Of a DNA stretch of 64,000 nt, positions 52,793-61,151 are shown in pieces. The DNA lies in assembly GCA_964538625.1 (NCBI GenBank), contig CAZIGH010000026.1, forward strand, positions 4,902 through 68,901, in the 5' to 3' direction. Under the pieces are notes generated by a model. It saw only the letters and a list, made by a program, of their open reading frames with translations. It was not told where the DNA came from and made no database searches. Made by a program: the position numbers and the translations under genes. Source of the DNA: an uncultured Verrucomicrobiaceae bacterium (lineage in GTDB: Bacteria > Verrucomicrobiota > Verrucomicrobiia > Verrucomicrobiales > Verrucomicrobiaceae). The first letter of the stretch is position 1. Each line of letters begins with the position of its first letter.

Positions 52793-54972
52793 CCGGCGGC
52801 GGCTTTGGCTATGGCTTCGCAGGCTTTGATGTCGAGTTTGCCTGAGGCGAGTACGGGGATGTCTGGCACGCGCACCATACGCTTGGGTATCCACAGTGCG
52901 GGCACGCCGTGCTCAAGTAGGCGATGACGCAGGGCTACGATCTCCGTGTTTTCAGGTCCGCCAGGAAGGGTGGTCAGCAGCACGAGGGCTTCGCCACGCT
53001 CGGGGTCAGGGATGCCCACGATGGTGAGTCGGCGGGTGGACTCGCCTTCCAGTCCCAGCGCGCGGTTCATCGCTTCTTCCACGGTTTCATGCGGTACCAT
53101 TTCGCCTGCGATTTTGGAGAAGCGTGAAATGCGCCCTTCGATGTAAAGGAAGCCGTCCAGATCGACGCGGCCCACATCACCTGTTCGGAACCAGCCCTCT
53201 GCGTCGAGCACTTCCGCAGAGCGTTTGGGATCGTTCAGGTAACCGGTGAAAACATTTCCGCCTTTGAACCAAATGATGCCGGATTCATGTAGCGACACGG
53301 GTTCGCCCGTGTCCGGATGGGTGAGCCTGATAGCCATGCCCGGCATGGTCTGACCCACGGAGCCGGGACGGTGGGAGAGTGCAACGGCCTGGGCGCTTTC
53401 ATCCGCCGCCTGTGGATCTGGCAGGTTGACGTTGGAGACGGGGCTCGTCTCGGTAAGGCCGTAGCCTTCCAGCACTTTCTTGCCGAACTTGGTTTCGAAG
53501 GCTTCCGCTACGGACCTGGGAAGTTTCTCTGCGCCGGTGACGACGAGCTTCAGCGGAGCGAGCTGCTCCCGGTTCACGCCGCGCATGTAACCGCGCAAGA
53601 AGGTAGGCGTGGCGATGAGCACGGTCACGCGATGCTTCTGGATGATGCCGGCGAGTTCCTTTGTCTCAAGCGGTGAGGGATACGAGGCAAGGTTGAGGCC
53701 GTAAATGAGTGGGTACCATAACGTGACCGTGCAGCCAAAACTGTGGAACTGTGGCAGGCAGGCCAAGATGCTGTCCTCATGCCCCATGTCCAGCCTGGAG
53801 CCGAACTGCGAGACGTTGGACATGAGGTTGCGATGCGTGAGGACGACCCCTTTTGGTTCGCCGGAGGAGCCACTGGTGAAGAGCAGCGTGGCCTCGGTGT
53901 GACCGCCCTTCTTTGATATGCCCAAGATGGAGGCCAGAAGCGGAGCGGGCAGGATTTTCGAAAGGATGAACCACAGAGTGGCCTTGCCCTTCAGCGAGGG
54001 CATGAGCCGCTCCAGCATGATGAGCTGTTTCTGCGCTGGCCAGGGGAAGCCCTGCATCTTGCGCACAAACTGGTCCACGGTGAGAAAGCGGTCGATGTCC
54101 GCCTGGCGGATGGCGCTCTCAATGGAGGCGCGTCCAGCGGTGAAGTTGAGATTCACTGGCACCTTACCGGCCAGAACGACGGCGACGTTCGCGATAAGGC
54201 AGATGGGTGAGGGGGGCAGTACGATGCCGACGCGCTTCTTTTGCGTCTCCTGGCGGATGTAACGGCTGAGCGCCAGGGCGGCGGCGAAGACTTTGTTGAA
54301 GGGCAGTGCGCTGCCATCCTTGCCGTCGATGATGCTGTTGATGGAGCCAAACTTTTTCAGCCCCTGAATCAACGCATAGCCCAGGCTACGCTCCAGCGCC
54401 GGACTCTGCGCGAAGGTCTGCTCGGCAAGCCGGAACAAGGCCTCCTGGAAGGCTGGCAAGGTGCAGTCCGCTCCACTGAGCGGCGGCTCGAGGCCTATGA
54501 TGACCTCTTCCTCAGATGGAGTGCGCTCGATCGGCATCGCCGTCTCGCGCGGGTGGAACACGTAAGCGGGCACCACTGGAACGCCGGCCTTGAGGAGAAA
54601 GTCCAGCTTGAGACCGGGGATGACGGTGAGCGGTGCCGAGATGGCGGCAGCTTCCGAGGGCAGATAGATGACCACGCTACCGCCGGCGACAACGCCCTGA
54701 ATGGCTGACGCAAATGCATCCGCCGCAGTACTTGCGCCAATGACCAGCGTGCGAGTGCCGTCGCGCTCGATGTGGGCGCGGGTGGCATCTGACAGCACGG
54801 CATCTTCATCCACGAGATAGTGAAGCTCCCGGCCTTCGAGGAGCCTCTCGAACACGGGCAGATCAGAAGGCTTGAGCAGGCTCGGGATGAGGAGGAAGCC
54901 CGACTCGTCAGGCAGGTTCTCTTTGCCTAGGATGAGGGCGCCGGGAAGGTTCGTGGTGGTGGGTTTGGACAT
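52789..54972 (-). CDS. AMP-dependent synthetase/ligase with ~230-aa N-terminal extension (Aas/acyl-ACP-synthetase-like)
   Basis: LLFTSGSSGEPKGVVLTHRNL, YGLTETSP, WFRTGDVGRVDLDGFLYIEGR, SGKLD. The N-terminal region lacks an HxxxxD acyltransferase motif. Confidence 0.8.
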   Translation of the reverse strand: MSKPTTTNLPGALILGKENLPDESGFLLIPSLLKPSDLPVFERLLEGRELHYLVDEDAVLSDATRAHIERDGTRTLVIGASTAADAFASAIQGVVAGGSVVIYLPSEAAAISAPLTVIPGLKLDFLLKAGVPVVPAYVFHPRETAMPIERTPSEEEVIIGLEPPLSGADCTLPAFQEALFRLAEQTFAQSPALERSLGYALIQGLKKFGSINSIIDGKDGSALPFNKVFAAALALSRYIRQETQKKRVGIVLPPSPICLIANVAVVLAGKVPVNLNFTAGRASIESAIRQADIDRFLTVDQFVRKMQGFPWPAQKQLIMLERLMPSLKGKATLWFILSKILPAPLLASILGISKKGGHTEATLLFTSGSSGEPKGVVLTHRNLMSNVSQFGSRLDMGHEDSILACLPQFHSFGCTVTLWYPLIYGLNLASYPSPLETKELAGIIQKHRVTVLIATPTFLRGYMRGVNREQLAPLKLVVTGAEKLPRSVAEAFETKFGKKVLEGYGLTETSPVSNVNLPDPQAADESAQAVALSHRPGSVGQTMPGMAIRLTHPDTGEPVSLHESGIIWFKGGNVFTGYLNDPKRSAEVLDAEGWFRTGDVGRVDLDGFLYIEGRISRFSKIAGEMVPHETVEEAMNRALGLEGESTRRLTIVGIPDPERGEALVLLTTLPGGPENTEIVALRHRLLEHGVPALWIPKRMVRVPDIPVLASGKLDIKACEAIAKAAAG

Positions 54973-55035
54973 GAGGTGTGGAGGGCACTTCGTTACATCA
55001 GAAAAGCAGCGGTGAGTCGAGCCGGAATCAGGCCA

Positions 55036-55593
55036 TCAGTGGGGTTTTTGGCGCTGTCTTACGGCTTCAAACAGGCAGACGCCCGTGGCCACGGAGACAT
55101 TGAGACACTCTACGCTGCCTGCCATGGGGATGCGGGCCAGGAAGTCGCAGCGCTCCTGGGTGAGCCGTCTCATCCCGGTGCCTTCCGCGCCCATGACGAT
55201 GCCGATGGGTCCAGAAAGGTCGATCTCGTAAAGCGATTGCTTGGTTTCATCTGCAGTGCCTACCAGCCAGAGCCCCAGCTCTTTGAGCCGATCCATGGCG
55301 CGGGCCAGGTTTGTGACGCGGACGATGGGCACCGTGTCCGCACCGCCACATGAAACACGGCGTACGGTCTCGGTGATGGGCGCGGACTTGTCCTTTGGTA
55401 GGATGACGGCTGCCACGCCGGCAGCGTCTGCGGTGCGGAGGCAGGCACCTAGGTTGTGGGGGTCCGTCACGCAGTCCAGGATGAGGACGATGGGGGCCTT
55501 CCTGCCTTCCAGCAGACCTGGCAGGTCCTCTTCTTCAAGCAGTGTGGTGTCAGCGTGGGTACGTGAGTGTTTGTTGGCGCGGGCGGAATGCAC
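55036..55593 (-). CDS. TrmH/SpoU-family RNA 2'-O-methyltransferase, RlmB-like catalytic domain without the N-terminal substrate-binding domain
   Basis: [23 protein letters not shown]...[10 protein letters not shown]...[13 protein letters not shown]...[22 protein letters not shown] closely parallels E. coli RlmB from about residue 75 onward. The start is GTG, with an in-frame TAG 4 codons upstream. Confidence 0.85.
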   Translation of the reverse strand: MHSARANKHSRTHADTTLLEEEDLPGLLEGRKAPIVLILDCVTDPHNLGACLRTADAAGVAAVILPKDKSAPITETVRRVSCGGADTVPIVRVTNLARAMDRLKELGLWLVGTADETKQSLYEIDLSGPIGIVMGAEGTGMRRLTQERCDFLARIPMAGSVECLNVSVATGVCLFEAVRQRQKPH

Positions 55594-55652
55594 AGGGGCA
55601 GTCTATACTGGCATGGCTCAGGTGAAAACTGGCACTTGCAGGTTTGGTGCCC

Positions 55653-56579
55653 TCATACCTGCACGGCTGCACCCTCTGCGGCGCGGCTCTCTCGCCCGGC
55701 GATGATTATGCGCATGAGTTCTGCCGTCTCTTCCATGCTCACGGGGCGCGCTCCGGTCTGCAGCATGGTGATGAAGGCCACCAGCTGCGCACGGAAGGCG
55801 GCATAGGTGTCTGTGAGGCGCAGGGGAAGCTGTCCGCAGGTGCCGTAAAGATGCACTGCTCCAAAGCTGCCATACGCGTCGTGGATGGCGCCTATGGTCA
55901 CCACGGTGCCGCTGGCGTGGGTGAGGTGCATGACGTCTCCGCGCTCGTCTGACAGCGCCTGGACGGTTTGAAATCCGGGACCCAGGAGGGGTGATACTGC
56001 CTCCAGCGCATGGATGCCGTAGCGTTCCCAGGTCTTGCAGGTAAAGCTAGTGATCCAGCGCAGTTCGCCCAGGTCTGCCAGGTGCGCTGCCGCCTGTTGC
56101 ATCTCCGGCATGTAGCGCATGCCACTGGTGGAAAGGATGACCGCGCCCTGCTCATGCCAGCGCATGAACTGCTCCAGATCCGCACGATTGGTGGCCAGTG
56201 GCTTGTCCACGAAGATGGGCAGCCCAGCCTCCACGAAGGGCCGTGCCCGGCGCACATGGTCGTCACCATCATCCGTGGCGATGACCACGGCATCCACTTC
56301 ACCAATGACCTCCTCAGGCCTCTCCACGATGTGCTCGATGAGGCTCGCCCGGGCTACCAGGGGCGCGTCTGCGGGATCGTCCGTCCAGAGATGAGTGACT
56401 CGGGCACCGGGAATGCGCACACTGTCCAGCGGCTGCCTGCCCATGTAGGCGGGGATGGCTGGATACGGGCACTTGGCCATCTCCGCAGGGTCGTAACCAT
56501 TGATGATGCCGGACCAGGAATAGGGATGACCGTTCCCTTCGATCATGCCCAGCATGGCGATACGCAGTTCTTTGCTCAT
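55653..56579 (-). CDS. Gfo/Idh/MocA-like oxidoreductase
   Basis: RIAMLGMIEGNGHPYSW...VVIATDDGDDH...FVDKPLA. 4-nt overlap with the upstream paralogous gene. Confidence 0.7.
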   Translation of the reverse strand: MSKELRIAMLGMIEGNGHPYSWSGIINGYDPAEMAKCPYPAIPAYMGRQPLDSVRIPGARVTHLWTDDPADAPLVARASLIEHIVERPEEVIGEVDAVVIATDDGDDHVRRARPFVEAGLPIFVDKPLATNRADLEQFMRWHEQGAVILSTSGMRYMPEMQQAAAHLADLGELRWITSFTCKTWERYGIHALEAVSPLLGPGFQTVQALSDERGDVMHLTHASGTVVTIGAIHDAYGSFGAVHLYGTCGQLPLRLTDTYAAFRAQLVAFITMLQTGARPVSMEETAELMRIIIAGRESRAAEGAAVQV

Positions 56580-57562
56580 GGGATGGTGATGCGCTGACCT
56601 GTGCGGGCAGACTCCAGTGCGGCGAGGTTCACTTTGAGCGTTTGCACCGCTTCTTCGAGCGTGCAGAGCGGAGATGGCTTGCCCTCCATGCCGTCCAGGA
56701 AGGCGCTGGCTTGGGCGATGAACAAGTCATCACGCTCCAGAGGGGAGCTGACGTGTTCGGTCCAGGAGGTCTGTCCACGGAGCATGTGGCTCCAGCTGAG
56801 GCGGTGGAGGTCCACTTTGACACTGCCCAGCTCACCGTGCAGCTGGAGGGTCATTTCGTTCGGAGCCTGAAACTGGTTCAGTGCGTACGTCGCCAGCACA
56901 TCGCCGTGTCGTGCCATCACGTTCACCGTATCTTCCACCGTCACACCTTCGAGGAGTTGATGCGCCGCATCTGCGTAGAGAGAGGTGATGGGGCCGATGA
57001 GCCACTCGGTGGCGTTGATGACGTGGGTGAGTGCATCCTGGATGGCGCCGCCCCCCGTCTCATGTCTCGTGTAGTAGATCTCGCGATAGGCAGGACGGTA
57101 AGTGGGAAAATGCTGGCCTGTCACCAGACTGGCGTGCAGTACGCGCCCTATGGTGCCTTTAGCGAGGTAATCCCTGGCGGCCAGCATCCATGGCATGACA
57201 TGGTAAACGTAGGCCACGGCATGGTAGCGCCCGGAGTTGCGGGCTGCTGCCACCAGTCCGTCCACTCCGTCCAGTGTCACTGCCAGAGGTTTCTCGATGA
57301 GCACCGAGCTGCTATGCTGCAAGGCGAGCAGGCTCATGCGCACATGCAAGTGCGCTGGCACGCAGACAACCACTGCGTCAAAGCGCTGCGCCATCGCCAG
57401 CTCTGCGTCATCGTAGGTTTCCACGCCATGGTCCTCAGACATGCGGCGGGTGAGCGCCGCATTCGCATCACAAGCGGCCACGACGGCACGCCCTGTCTTC
57501 TGGAAGCAACGCAGATGCCTCTCGCCTATGCTGCCGCACCCGAGAATGAGGATGCGCTTCAT
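56576..57562 (-). CDS. Gfo/Idh/MocA family oxidoreductase
   Basis: MKRILILGCGSIGERHL Rossmann start, VVVCVPAHLH, VLIEKPLA. Confidence 0.85.
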   Translation of the reverse strand: MKRILILGCGSIGERHLRCFQKTGRAVVAACDANAALTRRMSEDHGVETYDDAELAMAQRFDAVVVCVPAHLHVRMSLLALQHSSSVLIEKPLAVTLDGVDGLVAAARNSGRYHAVAYVYHVMPWMLAARDYLAKGTIGRVLHASLVTGQHFPTYRPAYREIYYTRHETGGGAIQDALTHVINATEWLIGPITSLYADAAHQLLEGVTVEDTVNVMARHGDVLATYALNQFQAPNEMTLQLHGELGSVKVDLHRLSWSHMLRGQTSWTEHVSSPLERDDLFIAQASAFLDGMEGKPSPLCTLEEAVQTLKVNLAALESARTGQRITIP

Positions 57563-58239
57563 TGCGGCAGGCGGGATGAGATTTCTTGAGCCACTTTCTG
57601 GGCCAGGAAGTCGGAGCCTTCCGTGGTGTAGTGCAGGTCCTTGGGCTTGTGCAGCCGCTCGAACTCAGGCTGGACGTGGGCGTAAAGATCGTTCACGTCC
57701 ACGGAGAGTTCTTTCATCACCTTCAGGGCTATAGCGTTGTACTCCTTCACGTCGCCGAAGCTGCGGTCCGGCTCCAGCGGGGGAGGCGGTATGGGTGTAG
57801 TGGTGGCGAAGATGAGCTTAGCGCCCGTTTGCTTCAGACGGGTGACGATGGCTCGGAGGTTCCTCTCATAATCGGCTGGCTCCACCTGCCGCTTCCCGTC
57901 GGGCATCACTCTGAGATCGTGAATGCCGTGGTTAAAGTGAATGACATCCCAGCGCCCTGAGCCAAGCCACTTGTCATAGTGGATGAGGTTTTTCGAGGGG
58001 CCGCCGTTTGCCGGGATGCGGTGCACGTTCGCTCTGCCCTCAAGGAGTTTACGCACTGGCAGGGTGTAACCCATGGAGATGGAGTCTCCGATGAGGAGGA
58101 CCCGCGGCAGGCCGGCCACGTCTTCCACGGGAGCCAGGACTTCAGAAGATTTCTTTTTTGTCTCCTGCGCGTGCAGCATAGGCGAGGCAAGGAGGAGCAA
58201 GAGAATGGTCCGGGCGTATTGGTGAAGAGGCATCGTCAT
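57559..58239 (-). CDS. Secreted SGNH/GDSL hydrolase
   Basis: Signal peptide (start ATG 58239). VLLIGDSISMGY (block I), IHFNHGIHD, and the DLHYT-type block V region. Confidence 0.8.
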   Translation of the reverse strand: MTMPLHQYARTILLLLLASPMLHAQETKKKSSEVLAPVEDVAGLPRVLLIGDSISMGYTLPVRKLLEGRANVHRIPANGGPSKNLIHYDKWLGSGRWDVIHFNHGIHDLRVMPDGKRQVEPADYERNLRAIVTRLKQTGAKLIFATTTPIPPPPLEPDRSFGDVKEYNAIALKVMKELSVDVNDLYAHVQPEFERLHKPKDLHYTTEGSDFLAQKVAQEISSRLPQ

Positions 58240-58332
58240 GGAACGCAGCCCAGGATGCGTGATTTGCATCACTGTGGAAAGAGCATTGTCGGCAGCCTGT
58301 CCATTGGTGCATAATCGACGCCGTAACATTTC

Positions 58333-58713
58333 ATGAACTGGTATTTCGAAAAGGAAGGCGTCAGCCAGGGACCTCACACGGAGGCGGAGATGGTCAAGCG
58401 CATGACGAGCAAGGAGCTGAGTTCTGACTCGCTGGTGTGGAATGCGCAGATGGAATCCTGGACCACCGTGGCCGAGGCGAAGCCGGAGTGGCTGCTGATC
58501 GAGTCCGCAGTGACTGAGGCTACGGCACCGGTCGAAGCAGCTCCACCGCCGCGCCCTGCTTCACGCCCCATCAGTGCTCCACTCAAACCCATTCGCGAGA
58601 CCCCAGCCAAGGGTGCCGCGCCCGCTCCCTCACGCCTTAAACCCCAGGCACCCGTGGGTGGTGAAGAATCCAAGCCCGGTTTCTTCAAGCGGCTTTTTGG
58701 TGGGAAGAAGTGA
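58333..58713 (+). CDS. GYF_2 (DUF4339)-domain protein
   Basis: MNWYFEKEGVSQGPHTEAEMVKRMTSKELSSDSLVWNAQMESWTTVAEA, followed by a Pro/Ala-rich tail. Confidence 0.6.
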   Translation: MNWYFEKEGVSQGPHTEAEMVKRMTSKELSSDSLVWNAQMESWTTVAEAKPEWLLIESAVTEATAPVEAAPPPRPASRPISAPLKPIRETPAKGAAPAPSRLKPQAPVGGEESKPGFFKRLFGGKK

Positions 58714-58730
58714 CCTCGCCGCTGGCAGGT

Positions 58731-61007
58731 TCATGCACCCAACGAGCTGTCACCTTGACCACTCTCCTTCACGAAAAGCAGCCGTAGAGAGTTCAAACAC
58801 ACCACCACCGTGCTGCCCTCATGCGCCAGCACGCCCAGTGTGAGGGGGATCTGCCCCACGAGCGCGGCCACTCCCATGATCACCACCGCACCCAGTGAGA
58901 TGGCGATGTTTTGTTTGATGATTCGTTTCGCCGAGGTGCTGATGGTCAGGGCGGAGAGCAGTTTCTCAATGCGGTCCTGCATGAGCACGATGTCCGCCTG
59001 CTCCAGCGCTGCATCACTGCCCCGCGCACCCATGGCGATGCTCACGTGAGCCACCGCCAAGCTCGGCGCATCGTTCACGCCGTCGCCGATCATGGCCACT
59101 CTGTGCCCCGCGGCGGTCAGTTCTTTGACAATGTTCACCTTGTCCTCGGGGTGAAGCCCAGCCCGCACTTCGGAGAGGCCCAGTTCCTTCGCCACTTCTG
59201 TAGCTGCGGCGCGGCGGTCACCGGTGAGCATGAGCGTGCGCACGCGGTGCTTTGCCAGCGCCTGGAGCACCGGTTTGGAACCCTGGCGGATCTCATCCTT
59301 GAGCAGAATGCGCCCCAGCACGCCTTCCTGGAGCACCCACACCTCGGAGAAGCCCAGCGGTGCATCCGGGATCTGATCCAGGAAGGAAACCAGCGCACTC
59401 TTCGCTATGAGTTCCCGTCTTCCGAGGTAGCTCACGCCCTGTTCCGTGCGTCCACGCAGGCCCTGCCCCGCTATGGACTGGAACTCCGTCACCGCTACTG
59501 GCTCCACGCCTTGCTCCTGACCGTGCTGCACAATGGCACGGGCGATGGGGTGATTGGAGCCCGCTTCCAGCGCCACTGCAGCGCGCAGCACCGTGGTTTC
59601 CTGCCCGGCGGGAAAGCTCTCTACCCTGGCCACCTTCAGCTCGCCCTTCGTCAGCGTGCCGGTCTTGTCCATCGCCACGGTGTCCACCTCAGCCAGCCGC
59701 TCGATGGCCGCACCTCCGCGGAACAAGATGCCGCGCCGTGCGCCCCAAGCTATGGCTGCGAGAATGGCGGAAGGAATCGAAAGAACCAGCGCACAGGGGC
59801 TCATCACCACCAGTAGCGTCATGGAGCGGTAGAAGGCAGAGCGCACCTCCGGTGTGGAGGTGAACGGCGGCAGCCCCAGCGCCAGCCACCAGATGAAGAA
59901 CATGGTCACCACCACGGCCAGAACGAACGCCGTGTAGCGCGTGCCGAAGTGGTCGGTAAAGCGCTGGCTCGGAGCGCGGGACTGCTGCGCGTGCTGGATC
60001 AGAGTGATGATCTTGTGCAGCGCACTCTGCCGCGCAGGGCGCAGCACCTTGACGCGGACCACGCCCCAGAGGTTCAGCGTGCCGCTGGAGACCTCTGCCC
60101 CCATGCCCTTCTCCACTGGCAGCGCTTCACCAGTGAGGTTGGACTCATCTGCCGCCGTCTGGCCCTCCACCACCACGGCGTCCACGGCAAAGAGCTCATC
60201 CGGCCTCACTAGCAGCACATCGCCTGCATCCAGCTCGGAAACCGGTCTATCCACCGTACTGCCGTCTGCCTGCACCACGTGAGCGAGCTTGGGTGCGGCT
60301 TTGGTCAGCGCACTGATCTCACGGTGTGTACGGTGCAGCACATAGTGCTCCAGCGCCCCGGAGAGCGAGAAGAGGAAGAGCAGCAGCGCCCCCTCCTCCC
60401 AAGCCCCTATGCTCACCGCGCCCGCCGCTACGGCGAGCATGAGGAAATGAATGTCCAGCACGCCTTCCCGCACCTTTTCCCAGGCATCCTTGGCTGCGTC
60501 CCAGGCACCAGCCACCAGCGAGACGAGGTAAAAACTCACGCTGAGCCAGCCCGGAGCCTGCCACCAGTGACCAGCTGCGTAGCCCGCGATGAGTGCCACG
60601 CCGCACACCGCAGCCTGCACCGCCAGAGACTTCCACTCTTCTCCGCTGTGAGCCTCCAGGTCATGTTCCTCCGGCCATTCAAACTCTCGCCACTTCCAGA
60701 ACTTCGGCGCCGTGTAGCAGGTGGCCTTTTGAAGCAGTACTTCATCACCCTTTCGTGAGAGGCTCATGGCCGCAGAGTGCATGGCCGGCATGTTGGCCAG
60801 CCAGCTTTCATCGAACTCTCTCAAGATCTCCGTGAGCCGCTCCTGCAATGCCTGCTCATCCACCTGCCCCAGAGTCGCCAAGGACACGGACTGCTCCGCC
60901 GGGTTCAAACGTATGGCCTCCACCCCTTTTGACTGCGCTAGGAAGCCCGTCAGTTCTTCCAGCCAGGCTGGAGCATCAGCAGCATCATGAGAAGGCGCGG
61001 ATGTCAT
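58731..61007 (-). CDS. Heavy-metal translocating P1B-type ATPase (SPC / HEGST motifs, no CxxC N-terminal metal-binding domain seen)
   Basis: DKTGTLT, TGDR, MIGDGVNDAP. TM motif MSPCALV. LAHEGSTVVVCLNSLRL. Confidence 0.9.
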   Translation of the reverse strand: MTSAPSHDAADAPAWLEELTGFLAQSKGVEAIRLNPAEQSVSLATLGQVDEQALQERLTEILREFDESWLANMPAMHSAAMSLSRKGDEVLLQKATCYTAPKFWKWREFEWPEEHDLEAHSGEEWKSLAVQAAVCGVALIAGYAAGHWWQAPGWLSVSFYLVSLVAGAWDAAKDAWEKVREGVLDIHFLMLAVAAGAVSIGAWEEGALLLFLFSLSGALEHYVLHRTHREISALTKAAPKLAHVVQADGSTVDRPVSELDAGDVLLVRPDELFAVDAVVVEGQTAADESNLTGEALPVEKGMGAEVSSGTLNLWGVVRVKVLRPARQSALHKIITLIQHAQQSRAPSQRFTDHFGTRYTAFVLAVVVTMFFIWWLALGLPPFTSTPEVRSAFYRSMTLLVVMSPCALVLSIPSAILAAIAWGARRGILFRGGAAIERLAEVDTVAMDKTGTLTKGELKVARVESFPAGQETTVLRAAVALEAGSNHPIARAIVQHGQEQGVEPVAVTEFQSIAGQGLRGRTEQGVSYLGRRELIAKSALVSFLDQIPDAPLGFSEVWVLQEGVLGRILLKDEIRQGSKPVLQALAKHRVRTLMLTGDRRAAATEVAKELGLSEVRAGLHPEDKVNIVKELTAAGHRVAMIGDGVNDAPSLAVAHVSIAMGARGSDAALEQADIVLMQDRIEKLLSALTISTSAKRIIKQNIAISLGAVVIMGVAALVGQIPLTLGVLAHEGSTVVVCLNSLRLLFVKESGQGDSSLGA

Positions 61008-61151
61008 CGTTTCACGTCAAGGTGGCAGCCCCTAGCCATAGTGCAAGCGGTGGGCTGCGCAGAGTCACCTCGGTTTACCGCATTGTCATGGACTCCGGAC
61101 GGGTTCACAATCCTTTGCACAGCGGCTCATCACGCGCCACCGTGCGCCCTG

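Noticed and set aside
56642-57589. 315-aa plus-strand ORF, plus similar long antisense ORFs at 58911-59816, 3668-4453, 61218-61952 and 62982-63563
   Set aside because: Each lies opposite a gene with strong family motifs (Gfo/Idh/MocA, P-type ATPase, yidC, K+ channel, recA), and none has motifs of its own.
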